Assembly (NCBI GenBank): GCA_001179505.1
Contig: CDMY01000413.1
Coordinates: 1 to 64,000, forward strand
Source of the DNA: Vitrella brassicaformis CCMP3155
Taxonomy: Eukaryota > Protista > Chromerida
Direction: 5' to 3'
Length of the DNA stretch: 64,000 bases
Shown here: positions 1 through 13,998 of the stretch, in pieces
How positions within the stretch are numbered: the stretch's first letter is position 1
Layout: each line of letters starts with the position of its first letter
Made by a program: the position numbers and the translations under genes
Notes under the pieces: model-generated
What the model saw: the letters and a program-made list of their open reading frames with translations, nothing else
What the model was told of the DNA's origin: nothing
Databases searched by the model: none

Positions 1-1927
1 GGCAAGTCCCTCTACCTCCAGGCCGACCTCACGCACCGCATAGTCCACAACGAGACGCTGCTCGCCGTCATCCAAAACGAGAAGGCACGCCGCGTTGATC
101 AACACACCACACCACACTCATCCTTTCATCCATCCATCCATCCATGTGCTTATGGCCTCTCTCTCTCTCTCTCTGTGTGTGTGATGCAGCGTAGGTTTAA
201 TGGGAGTGAGGATGCGTTCCACACACACATCAACAACAAGTTCAGGGGCAGACGCGTCATGACCTCATACGTACGCACGCACAAAGTGCACACACACACA
301 CACACACACACATACACACAGATAGACACACAGACAGAGGGATGCGCCTCTCGTTCCAGGAGTCAGGGCCTGCCAACAATCGCAGCAGATCGCTCTACTG
401 CATCGACCGCGTACACACACCACACACCACACCCAGCGAGACAGCATACACACGGCCATTCACTTGTCCCTCTCTCCGTCTCTCTGTCTCTCTCTGTGTG
501 TCTGTGTGTGTGCAGGTAGAGTTTAACGAGTCGCCTGCGACCAGGTTCGAAGACGAGACCGGCAACGAGTCGACTTCCATAGCCGAGTACCTCTTCAAGA
601 TGTACGGCGTCCAGTGCCAGCCCAACCAGCCACTCGGTCAGTCTGTCAGTCAGTCTGTGTGGGAGGGAGGGAGGGAGGGAGGGAGGGAGCACCCCACACA
701 CACACGTCTGTCTGTCTGTCTGTCTGTGTGTATGTGCAGTGGTATCTGAGCGTCGCAAGAAGGTCACCAACAGCGAGGGTGTGCGTGAGGTCGTCATCCG
801 CACCATCAAACTCCCCGTCCAGTGCGTCACGCTGACCGGACTCGATGAGTAAGTGTATATGTGACCCCCTCCCACAGACCCACACAAACACACACACACA
901 CACACATCGCGGGCTGGCTGGCATCGCGTCCTTCTCTGTGTCTCTGTGTGTGGTCAGAACGATTCGCAACGACCACTTGATCAACGATTTGGTCGGCAAG
1001 AGCTGCCGCATGACCCCTGGTACCACACACACAGAGAGAGAGAGAGGCCACATCTATCTCATGGATTGATGAGTATGTGTGTGAGTGTGTGTAGACGATC
1101 GGCTGAAGCGTGCTCATCGGTTCGTCGAGGTGCTGCGTGACAATCCCAACTCCAAGGCCGTGCTGGACCGATTCAAACTGGAGATCTGCGACGCCAAGGA
1201 GAGCGTCACGGGCAGAAACCTCAACGCCTCAGCCAACGCCAACTCGTTCCGCGTACACACACACACACACCGCACACACACACACACAGCCACAGAGAGA
1301 CACATGTGTGTGTGTGCGCGTGTGTGTGTGTGTGGTCAGTACTACGACCGCCCCAACACGCTCGAGATGCTGCAGGCGCCGAGGGTTGGCAACAACGAGG
1401 ACATACTCAAGACCAGTCAGCCACACAGTGGCCACACACATGGATCGATGGATGGATGGATGGATCGGTGTCTCTCGCTCTGTGAATGTGTCAACAAACA
1501 CACAGGGTGGCGCTGCTTTGCGCGGCGACTCGCTCAACTTCACCCCCAAGGGCTGCCTCAAGCCCGTCAAGCTCGAAAAGTGGGTTGTGCTGGCCGACAA
1601 GGCCGATGCCATTCAAGCCCAGAGAATGGCACGCGACATCTCCAATAGTGCACACGGTAAGTGTGTGTGTGTCCACACACACGCCCACCAAGCTCATCTC
1701 ACGTGTGTGTGTGTGTGTGTGTGTGTTTAGCGCTGGGGATGGAGTGGGAGGCGCCCAAGTGGCTGATCAACATGTCGCTGACCGCCGCCCTCACACCCAA
1801 CACACCCGACCACCAGACCCTCGTCGAGGCCATCAGCGGAGCTCAGTGCGTGGTCTGCCTCCTCCCCAACTCCAAAGGGAAGACAACAAGCGTCACACTA
1901 CTCTACAACGTAATAACCAAACCACAG

Positions 1928-1958
<31 letters not shown>

Positions 1959-3919
1959 GGAGAAATGACGGGTCTTTGTGTGTGCGCGTCTGTGTGTGTC
2001 TTCAGGGGTTGAAGCAGCTGCTGACGTGCGAGGGCAGCCAGTGTGCGTGTGTGGCGCAGTGCGTGCAGAGCAAGACGCTGGCCAGCAACAAGTGGCAAAC
2101 AGCCGCCCCCAAAGTCGTCCAGCAGGTCAAAAAACAGGCTGCTGGCACACACACATCCATCCATCCATCCATGTGTGTGTGTGTGTAGATCGTGTGCAAG
2201 GTGGGCGGCGCTGCGTGGGGGCTCAACGTCAAGGGGCGGAAGCCATTGATGGCCATTGGCGTCGACTCGCGCAAGAGCAAAGGTCAGTCAGTGAGTTAGT
2301 GAGTTGAGGCCACACGAACAAAGGACAGAGACAGCCAAGTGCGTATGTGTGTGTGGGGTCTATGCGTGTGTGTGTGTGTGTGTGTGCAGATTCGACGATC
2401 GTGTCGCTGTGTGCAACGGTCGACGACCTGCTCATCGAGCACTTCACAAGTAAACCACTCAGCTACACTCACATCCAGCCACACACACACAAATGAAGCT
2501 GACACACACACACACACACCTCCCTCTCTGTGTGTGTGTGTGTGTGTGTGTGGTTCAGTGTCGCAAGTGTACTCGTCTGAGATGGACCTGGCCGGAGCAC
2601 TCAACAACTTCATCATCCGTATACACACACAGGCCCCCCCCCCCCCNNNNNNNNNNNNNNNNNNNNNNNNNNNNNNNNNNNNNNNNNNNNNNNNNNNNNN
2701 NNNNNNNNNNNNNNNNNNNNNNNNNNNNNNNNNNNNNNNNNNNNNNNNNNNNNNNNNNNNNNNNNNNNNNNNNNNNNNNNNNNNNNNNNNNNNNNNNNNN
2801 NNNNNNNNNNNNNNNNNNNNNNNNNNNNNNNNNNNNNNNNNNNNNNNNNNNNNNNNNNNNNNNNNNNNNNNNNNNNNNNNNNNNNNNNNNNNNNNNNNNN
2901 NNNNNNNNNNNNNNNNNNNNNNNNNNNNNNNNNNNNNNNNNNNNNNCCCCCCCCCCCCACACACACACACGCATCCAGGATGCATCTCTGTGTGCACATA
3001 ATCAAATCAGGTGCGTGTGAGACGTTCGAGCAGCGCAACAACATCGGCGTCCGGCGCGTCGTGATCTACAGGACCGGCCTGGGGGAGGGGCAGAAGGTCG
3101 CTGCAACCGAGTACGAGATTCCCGCCATCAAGACCGGCCTCGAGCACGCCTGCGGGGACAAGCAACCAGAACTCGCCGTCATACTCACCACACAACAGAC
3201 CAACACCAGGCACACACGTACACACACACACACACACGGAGAGAGCGAGAGAGAGAGACCAACGTGACGCACACCCATGTCTCTCTCTCTGTGTGTGTGT
3301 AGGTTCGCCACGGCAAAAGGCAACCAGCTGTCCAACCCCCCGCCCCTCTCCGTCTTCGACAAAGGTAAATCAGCGAGTGGATGGGGGCCGAGGTGACTGC
3401 TGTGTATGTGTGTGTGTGTGTGGATTGCAATCAGGTGTTGCCGACGATCAGGTGTACGTCTGGTACGGCTGCCATCAGCAGGTCACGAGCGGCACCATCA
3501 CACCCACCAAGTGAATGACCACCACACACACAGAGACACACAGACAGACAGACAGGCAGAGAGACACGCTATGTGAGTGTGTGTGTTGCTCTGCTTGCCT
3601 GTGTGGAACCAAACAAACAGGTATGAGGTGCTGCACATGGATCGCTGGGGCCTCGACGTCGACCAAACAATCAACCTGACCATGCAGCTCAGCACCATGT
3701 ACCAAAACTGGAGCGGTCAGCAACCAACAAGTGCCACACACAGACATACACACATTCTCCCCTCTCTCTCTCTGTGTGTGTGGGAATGTCTATCGATCAG
3801 GTCCGATTCGTGTGCCAGCGGTGGTCAAGATGGCCGAGGTGTGTGCTCGCAAGGTGGCTGAGAACCTGTCTTGCAAGACGCCCACTGACCACCTCGCCAC
3901 CCTCCCCTGGTACCTCTGA
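1..3919 (+). CDS. PIWI: Piwi-clade Argonaute protein (5' end lies outside the window; multi-exon)
   Basis: Spliced exons give QADLTHRIVHNETLL (Piwi N/L1), PAZ-like VEFNESPATRFEDETGNESTSIAEYLFKMYGVQCQPNQPL, MID pocket LYNGLK...AQCV...CKVGG, and PIWI motifs MAIGVD, VIYRTGLGEGQ, TNTRFA..NPPP, TPTKYEVL, MYQNWSGPIRVPA, ending LPWYL* at 3917-3919. Confidence 0.93.
2647..2946. other. Assembly gap (300 N) flanked by poly-C runs, apparently inside a Piwi intron
   Basis: Run of n in the sequence; the X-filled ORFs here are artefacts. Confidence 0.98.
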
Positions 3920-4222
3920 GTGGGCCTGATCGAGACAGCTGCCCACACACACACAGACAGACCGGCCGACACAGACACACAGACAGACAGACTGTAGAGT
4001 AGATTGAAGAGTAGACGACTACAGACGACACACTGACTGGATGGATGGATGGATGGACAAATTCATGTTGACTGAATGAATGAATGGCTGATGGCGATGT
4101 GGTGCAAATCAGAACTGAATCCATCCATGCACCACTCAGACGAGTCCGCACATGTCCATCCATTCATCGCACGAACTCGCAGAGGAAACACACGCAATCC
4201 AGTCCACAAACACGCCACACAA

Positions 4223-4253
<31 letters not shown>

Positions 4254-4429
4254 TACATAAGGCCGACGAGCCAATTGGCGCTCTGCGCCGCCCAGCGCAA
4301 AAGAACCGCGCGAGCCACCACAACCACCACCACCACCAACCACTACCTAAACCACAGCGACGACCTACGAAAAAAGGTCTCTCTCCCCGCCAGCGCCAAA
4401 CAACAAATACACGCCTCCCTTCAATTACA

Positions 4430-6160
4430 TCACACTACTCGGTCTACGGGCTCGGTCACTTGCCAAGCCATCATCTCCCCTTCCCCTTCCTCCCTTATGA
4501 AGATGTGATAGTTCCTCTCCCTATATCTGCCGGGCAGCCTCTTCCTCGACAGCGTCGTGTCCATGTGCAGATGCTTCCGCAGAAGAATGTGCGGGGGCAG
4601 CTGCAGGGCATCGGGGTCGGCCGTGATGATTTCGCTACTGCCGTTGTGGCTGTGGGTGTGGGGGAAGGACTCGTGACTGCCCTGGGCGATCATCTCGAGC
4701 AGCGCGCAGTAGCAGGCGGGCGTGTAGTGGTGCGGGAACCTCGGCAGAGCCGCCAGCTCCTGAAATGGACACCACAGACAGACAGAAAGCAGGCACATGC
4801 GTACACACGCGTGTGTGTGTGTGTGAGTATCTGTGCAATCAATCAACTATATATATATACCGCAGGCGAGACCTGCCCCTTGAGGACGGCGGCTATCGCC
4901 TTGGCCTGCACCTCCATGCAGAAGAAGAACCCGCCGGTCCCAAAGGCCAGCCCCACGAAGAACAGGCTGGCCGGGTGACTCTTGTGGAACACGTGCAGGT
5001 GGAGGGCGTCAAACAGGCACTGTGGGTCATCCGCTATGCCCGACGGGATCAGCCCGCTCCCAGGAGCGATGAACGGGAAATCTGAATGTCGTGTCGTACA
5101 ACACAACACCACAATACATAGTGTGCCGTGCCGCAGTGGCCTGCTCGTTTTCACCCACCGTACCGTACCGTATGTGTATCCCGTCGCCCATATGACGGCA
5201 TCGATTGTGTCGGTGCTGGTGAGCAGCCGCCCGTCGCTCCCCACGCTGATGTACCGGCCGTCCTCCTCGACACCTTCAATGCGGCCCACCAAACGCACGT
5301 TGGCTGGCAGCTTGGCCGCTAGGTCAGCCGCTGTGTCGGCGTCTGTGAATTGCGTGCCCGACCACACAACGGTAGTCGCGACGCTGCTGAGCTCCCACAC
5401 CAAATCTGCCACACACAAGAGGAGGGACAGCGAAAGAAAGACCTGGATGGACAGGCGCCTCTGATATGACTGGGGGAGGTTGGTTCACGCGTGGGCGTAC
5501 CCGATCCCGACCAGCTGCCGCCGACCACAAGCACCCGCTGATTGGCGTATGCTGACGGCTCGCGGTAGTACTTCGAGTGCGTAGACGGCCCACGAAACCC
5601 CATCTTTATCAGTCTCGGATACCGCGGCTTGTTGTAACGCCCATTCGCCACCACCAGAGCGCCGTACAGCCGCTCCTCGCCGTTGATCCGCCAGACGCCC
5701 TCCACCTTTGCGCCCTCCCTGCCAGCTGCCACGTACTCTGTTGAGTGGACAGTCGTGTTGAAGGCAATCGAGTCACGGAGGGCGAACCGGTCGGCGTATG
5801 CCTGCAGGTAGCTGAGCACGTCTGTGTGCTTGATGAAGGAGGGCAGGGATGGGTCGAACGGGACGTCGCTGAAGGCCATGATCTCCTTTGGTACTGTATG
5901 TTGGTGCGAAGCGAATCATACATGGCCGAGCGGTCGCCGTGCACCCATATGCCGCCGACCTGACCCGATGACTCGAAGACGCGCACAGCGAAGCCGGCGT
6001 CGCGGAGATGCCGGGCTGCCACAAGCCCACCTGCAAGAGGCAAAGAAAGATACTGTACAGAGAACACGGGCAGACCAACAATTCCAGAGCCATGCTGCTT
6101 GTCTTCTCTGTAACGCGTACCTGCTCCGGCGCCAATCACGGCGACACTTCCCATGGTCAT
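4430..6160 (-). CDS. FMO: Class B flavin-containing monooxygenase (FMO-like), carrying an apparent 5-nt frameshift at 5892-5896 (possible pseudogene or assembly error)
   Basis: FAD motif VAVIGAGAGGLVAA; ESSGQVGGIW; MYDSLRTN; FMO signature FRGPSTHSKYY; NADPH motif VLVVGGSWSG; ATGYTY/DFPF. Stop TGA at 4430-4432. Confidence 0.9.
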
Positions 6161-6485
6161 CGCGAGTCGGTTTTGCCGTTGACCGTTGAGGGAGGAAGGT
6201 ACGCCATGTAGAGAAAGGGGCGTCGCGCGAGCTACACGGCTGCACATTCCCTTTCGTATGGACGATAAACGTGACAATGCAGCACGCACACGCCAAAACG
6301 ACACAAGTGACGCCAAACGCAAGTCGTGCAATGGATTTCCATTCACGTATTAAATACACGCACTAACAGACAGCTATTCTACTCAGGGACATCAAATCGG
6401 TCGCGAACACCCCTCCCTCTCTCCTCTCTCTATTTCCTTCCTGTCACCTCGACGTATCCATCCATCCATCCGTCTTTCTGTCTGT

Positions 6486-8405
6486 CTAGATGAGTCCCTG
6501 TGTGCTGAGCATCACCTCCAGCTCCGACACCTTCTTGCCGTCGGCCAGCGTCAGCCGCCTGCCGTCAGACGGGGCGTAGTACTCGGGCGGCGGCTGGGAC
6601 AGAAGCTCGCGGACGACCTGAACGACACGTTTGTTTACAGAGGAAGATCTTTTGCATGGAGGCCGATACACACGTGTGTGTGTGTGAAGGGGGAAGGAGG
6701 GGGACGGGGGCTTCACCTGGTGGTATGGCCAGTAGTGCAGGTTGAGTGCCTGCAGCTCGTCTCTCGCCTCACGGATCTGCTGCTCGCTCACATTGAGGGC
6801 GGTCGCCAGACTCACGCCGCCCAGCGTGTTGCTGCCAATGCTGTGCAGGTTCTCGAGCAGATGCTGTCTGAAGATGTCGGTGTACTCGAGGGCCATCTCC
6901 ATCACACGCTTCGAGACCGTCGAGAGTGAGAGACGAGACTGCCATGCAGACGATGGAACAAGACAGAATGCGATACAGAATGTAATGATGGTCACTGTGC
7001 GTGGTAACTCACTTTCCCGGCCTCCTGTCGGCAGAGATCATCAACACGAGTGCGCAACAAGGGGTACTGCTCCATGCACTGCGCGATGTTGGCCAACCTA
7101 CAAAGGACACACAAATGGTGCTTGATGCATTGGCCCCTCCCTCCCTCCCCTCTCTCCCTCCCCACCCACGGACCACGCATTGCGGCAGATGTACTGGCTT
7201 CGGTTGTAGGTGGGCTCAGCAGTGGCTCTGCCCACATCCGGCCGGACACCGAAGAGCTCCCAGCAGGCCTCGACCACGGCGTCCGCGGAAAGCTCGGGAG
7301 CCGACGGTCTTTGGAAGAAACAGACATGACGGTCAACGTGTTAATTTGTCGGCGGCCAGGCACGAAACAAGACGATCGTCTCCATGTACAGACGGCTGTG
7401 TATCTGACACTTATGTAGAAATGTCAGATCATGTATCAATGTCCTCTGCGTGAAGAGGTATGTGTTGCCGGCGAAGGAGATGGGGACCGCCTTGTTCGAC
7501 CAGAAAAAGAAGTTCTGCGAGCCACGGGCGAGAATGAAAGGGTCGAACGCCACCGCGCCTGCCCTCCTGCGCGCCAGGCTGGGGTTCATCGCCACGCTCT
7601 TGGAGACGAAGTCATCAATCGCTCGTGACAGCACACTGACCACACAGGCGTATCGTGAGCGGAGTGATTCGTCCACGGCTGGAGGGTCATGCATCGCGAT
7701 GCGGGCGAGTCGGAAGAAGAAGTGGACCACGCGGACGCCATGCGGGCCCGTGAAGACCCTCGCACCCTCCACGGCAGGCGGCTTGCTGATCGGGGCACCA
7801 GGCGGCATGGTCACGGCCAAGCGAATGGCCATAAAGGACGAACGCACCATCTCCACCTGGAAGCTCACCCTCGGGTACGGGAGGCGCGCCACCTCGCTGA
7901 TAATCTGGGCCTCTCGGCGCCGCTGCAGCTCGTAGAACTCGTCCTCGGACATCATTCCGTAGGCGTACTTGACGGGGTTCGTGTTGCCGTACAGGTCGGC
8001 CATACGCTTAGCCTCCTTGCAGACCTCCTTGTGTGCCGTACGCCAGTGGCGCGACTGACACTCGCGGGAGCAGTAGCTGATGAGGTAGCATCCCTTGCAG
8101 TACCCCAGCGACACGGCAAGAGGCGCCTTGCCATACATCGCGCAGCGCCGCTCTGTCGGGTAGGCAGCCGAGGCATTGAGGCGCACCTTGTAGCCACGCA
8201 TCTCTGAAAGGCACAAACACGGCAGCACAACAAGCACTCATGAAAGATATGTGTGTTGGTCCTCCCTGCCCTCTCTCTCAAGCTCACTTTTGTAAGTGAA
8301 AGGCAGGCGGCCGCCATCGGCCGGCTCGCCGGTCCGCGGCGTTGCCGTCGAGCTGGCAGCCGTCGAGCCAGCCTGCTCACTCCGCTGGGCACCACTGGTG
8401 GACAT
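6486..8405 (-). CDS. zf-MYND domain protein of unknown function (6 exons by my phase tracing)
   Basis: CAMY...CKGC..ISYCSRECQSRHWRTAHKEVC. Phase-consistent GT-AG exon chain from ATG 8405 (MSTSGAQ) to TAG 6486, joining the ORF fragments at 7341-8237, 7012-7098 and 6486-6995. Confidence 0.75.
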
Positions 8406-8623
8406 GGCAGCCGCCCCCTGGCAGATGAGTTGTCGGGCTCAGAGAAATGAATGCTTGCAAGAATTGAATGCCTCGCAGGAGCGGCAGTTTGGCTCATGCG
8501 CTCCTTCCCAGTGGTTTGCATAGCATCTCGTATCTGAAGGAACGTTTCACGCGACCCTACAGCGGCCAGTGATTGGCTCTGAACGCCTCATAAGGTAGTT
8601 GTGGATCTCCGTCTTGCCGCATC

Positions 8624-10028
<1,405 letters not shown>

Positions 10029-11327
10029 GCGAGCGAGCGAGCATCCCTCCCAACACTGACTGACCCTCCCTCCCTCCCTCTGTTCGTGTGACTGAATGGG
10101 TGTGTGGGTGCATTGCATGCGTATTGCATCGCACTGATGACAGGGGACATACGTGTTGTCATGGATGGAGGATGGAGGAGGGTTTTTTGATGTGCGTGTC
10201 CCGCCATGCCCTGCCTTCCCCACCCTTTGCTGTCTCATCTCACCTTGCCTGTCCAGTCCATTCGTGCGCCCTGTCCGTGCGTGTCTGTGTGTGTGTGAGA
10301 GGGATTGGGACTCGAGTCAGTAGGGTGGCTGATGGATTTGTTTTCTCCCAGCTCAAGTGTCTCGGCCTCCGCCATGTCCAAGGGCCATGCTGAGATGGAA
10401 GTGTGGCCTTTTGACATGGCGCGTGCGGGCAATGGCACTCAAGTCTGGGAGAAGCACCAGATACCACACCACACCACACCACCTGTCAGTCTGTTATCTG
10501 TATGTGCATGTGTATGGTATGCACGTGGTGATGGGTCCTGATGCTTTGCCTGCAGTATGTGCACTCGTGTTGTGGCCCATGTGATGACTGACTCCAATGA
10601 GCCTCACCATCGCTGCACGGACGCAGGGAACGCATCAAGACACGCACCATCCCCGTCAGAGCATCGTATCGGCCAATCTCTCTCTCTCTCTCTGTTCGCT
10701 GCGTACATACGTAACGTCCTTGCTGCACCCACATCCGCACGCACACATGGGAGGGCTGCATGGATTGTGATTGACTGGCGGGCGGGCACATGAGAACGGT
10801 GACTGGGAGGGTGGGCGGGGCGGGGTGGTGTGGGGTGGTGTTTCGTGCATGTGTTGGTCATCCATCGGTCTGCGAATGAAGTGACTTGAGTTGAATTTTC
10901 ACTCGATTGCAAGCTTTCAACCGATTTACAAGATGCACTCACTCAGTTCTCCCAACCAGCCCAGCCGGCGGAACAAAAAGGGTCACTGGCCGGCCCGGCT
11001 GGTTGATGTCTTTATATTTGCACACCCGTTCCATCCGTCAGTTGCACCCACCCATCCCAGCAATCCACTGCATCCAATCCACTCAATGCATAATTGATTG
11101 CCTAGCTGCCTATGGCCTAGTGGCGCGATACATACCGATATCATCAGACAGACTGATGGCTGCCTACCGCCTGATGGTGCAATGCATCACACCAATTCTG
11201 CTGCTGCTGCTGCTGCTGAGCTAACACCGTACAGCCGCTCACTCACCCATGTCTCTCTCTACCGTCTGTCTGTCTAGCTAGCTAGCTAGCTATATGTGTG
11301 TATGTGTCTGTATCAGTCGGCGGTGAG

Positions 11328-11564
11328 TCACTCTCTGGTGACCCTGATGTCCCCCAGGTAGTCGGCATGCACGGCGTCCATCCCACAGGCGGGGCAGCGG
11401 AGCGACGAGTACCGACGGACGTCCTCGGGCACTGGTTTGTGCAGCCTCTCCAGCCGGGCCTTCTCCTCTCTCGCCCTGTCGTGGCGGTCCTTCCACTGAC
11501 GCCAGCACCCCTCACACAAACACTGCTGCTTGCATGGGAACTGCCACACACACACACACACACA

Positions 11565-11598
<34 letters not shown>

Positions 11599-13966
11599 CA
11601 TAGAGCGGATGCGTGTGTGTTTGTGTGTGTGTGTCTATGGCGTTTATACGAATGTGATGACGGGAGGGCGCGTGTCATCGCGGCAGGCCACACAGCTGCC
11701 GATGGCGGAGCCGGGATTCTCCCTCTCCTGCAGTTCGAGCCGTGCCTCGAGCCGGCTGGCCTCTCGTGAGAGGTCACGCAGGTCCTGCTGGGCCTGCTTG
11801 ATCTCTCGCTTGAAGGCACTGATGGCCGCAGGGGTGGTCAGGGAGGTAAGCCGGCCCTCGGTCAGCCTGAGACATGGAAGGTAAGACGAGACGGACGACA
11901 TGGATGGATATGTATACGTGGCCGGCCGGCCGGCTTGTGCGTTGATTGATTTTGTGATGTGAGCACCCTACCCTGTCTCGGCCTGTGTGCGCAGCGAGTG
12001 GTGCTCTCTCAGCAGGGGCTGCAGTGCGGCCTCCGCGGCGACGCACTCGACGCTGACACCGTTGATTTGGCTCCCCAACCTGCAGAACAGACCAGACAAC
12101 CGAACAACGAGGCGTCGGTCATGATGTCTCCTGCCTGCCTGCCCCACGCACGGGCGGCTCACCTGTCGACTTCGCTATTGAGCCCCCGCAGCATCTCCCT
12201 GAGCTGCCTCTCCGTCAGCGACTTAAGGGCCCTACCCACATCACCCCTACCGTCCCCTGCCCCATCTGCCGCAGCCACCACACCACCCCCACCGCCAGGC
12301 GTCCCCTCTCCCTGCGGCTGCTGCAGGCCGGCGCTGCTTCCTGCAGATGCCGTGCTGGCCAAGTCCGCCTGCCAAGTGTCCTCATTCCGCCGCTGTGGTG
12401 ATGATGGCAAGGGAGATGGGGAGGAAATTCGTTTTTCGGTGTCGATGGCCTGGTCGTAGAGTTTGTCGAGGCGGTCGTGTTCGGCGGCGGCGCGGGCGTC
12501 GAAGTCACGGACCTCTGCTGCGGTCGCTAGGGCGAGAAACGCTCCGCGACTCAAGCTGAGAGGAGGGTGAAGGGGAGCAGACACGTTTGTCGGCCCCGGG
12601 TGGCTGTGTGTTTGTAGCTCACTTGTGGGTGGTTTGCCTGAGTTTGTCGATGGCGACCGAGAGCTCCCTCGCCCGGTCGATGGCGCGGTCACGGGACTGA
12701 CACAAACCGCCGTAGCGGGCCGACAAACTGCATAAAGGCATGTTGGGCAATGACAGCACACAAACCTGGACGAATGCATGGATATCTTGGTGTGGTGTCT
12801 GATGGGATGAGCTTACCTCTGCTTCTTTGCGATGGCCTCCCCGACGGCCGCCCTGAGCTGGTCCAGCAGAATGGTCTTCCCACAACTCCTGCACACGATA
12901 AGCGACCGATAGACAGAAATACAGACCACTCCCTAACTACCTTGCCTCGGTCCTCTTTCTCTCACCTCTGCGCAGATGTCACCGATGGCAGGTCAGGTGT
13001 CGTCACGGTCGAAGCAGCACGATCCGATGCAGTCGTGGACGACACAGGCGGGCAATCGGCAATGCTGGATGACGACGTTGACGCGGGGGTGGGGGTGGGT
13101 GGGGCTGGCTGTGGTGCTTCTGGTGCTTGTGGTGGCTGGAATGTGACGGCAGGTGTCTGTGGCAGGGGCAGCTTCCTCACTTTGAGCCTGCCACGAGACA
13201 CCGGCGTCCACACACCCGCTGTCTCATCATCCTGCTCGGCGGCCGGCCGGGGGCTGTACACCGGAATGGCCACTCTCGCCCCCACTGACGGATTCTCGGC
13301 GTTGTCTTCGCTCTCCTCACCCTCCTCTCGCTGCTGGTCGTCATGGCCATGTCCACCTGACGGCTCCTGCTGGTGCACCGCCGTGGCCATCTGACACTTG
13401 CCGGCCCTCTCCGCCCTGCTGTTTGCCTTGGCCTTGGTCCGGTTCTTCTGCCTCTCAACCTCTGCCAGCAGCTGAGCCGCAGCTCTCTCGGACCGCCGCT
13501 TCTGCGCCTCGATGATGCGATCGGTGACCATCGTGCGGACCCGCCATATGGCAGGAAAGCAAAACACGTGGAGGGCCACCAGGCCCAGAAAGACCAGAAA
13601 TGCGACCCCCGTCATCTGAAAGTGGCATGCAAAGCACGGGGTAGGATGCACACGTGTACACGTGTGCCGGGCCTGTGTGTCCCCGCCCCAGCTACCCGTG
13701 GGAGCCTCATCTCGTCTCTCGGGTGACGCAGACTTGACGGGAGGCGGAAGCGACCCTCGTCGTCGAACATCGAGCCGCCGGTGGCTCCAGCGGGGCTGCA
13801 GATAGGTCACACACAGCACATTGGGACATCTGTGTGTCCAGTGTTGCCGGCGTACCATGTCTCGACAGGCTCTACGCGCTGTCTTGGCGGATCGGAGAGA
13901 GTCAGCGGACGTGGGCTGGGTCTTGGGTTGTCCCTGGCTGCCGACCTCAGAACAGCTCTGGCCTGC

Positions 13967-13998
<32 letters not shown>

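Noticed and set aside
2296-3044. ORFs with long X runs
   Set aside because: They read through the 300-N assembly gap.
7050-7418. Plus-strand GYCSMHC resembling a second MYND finger
   Set aside because: It is antisense to a phase-consistent minus-strand exon of the MYND gene, and the other ligands are absent.
10305-10541. Possible small exon after FNR (MSKGHAEMEVWPFDMAR...)
   Set aside because: No canonical donor or linked exons found; likely UTR or intergenic.
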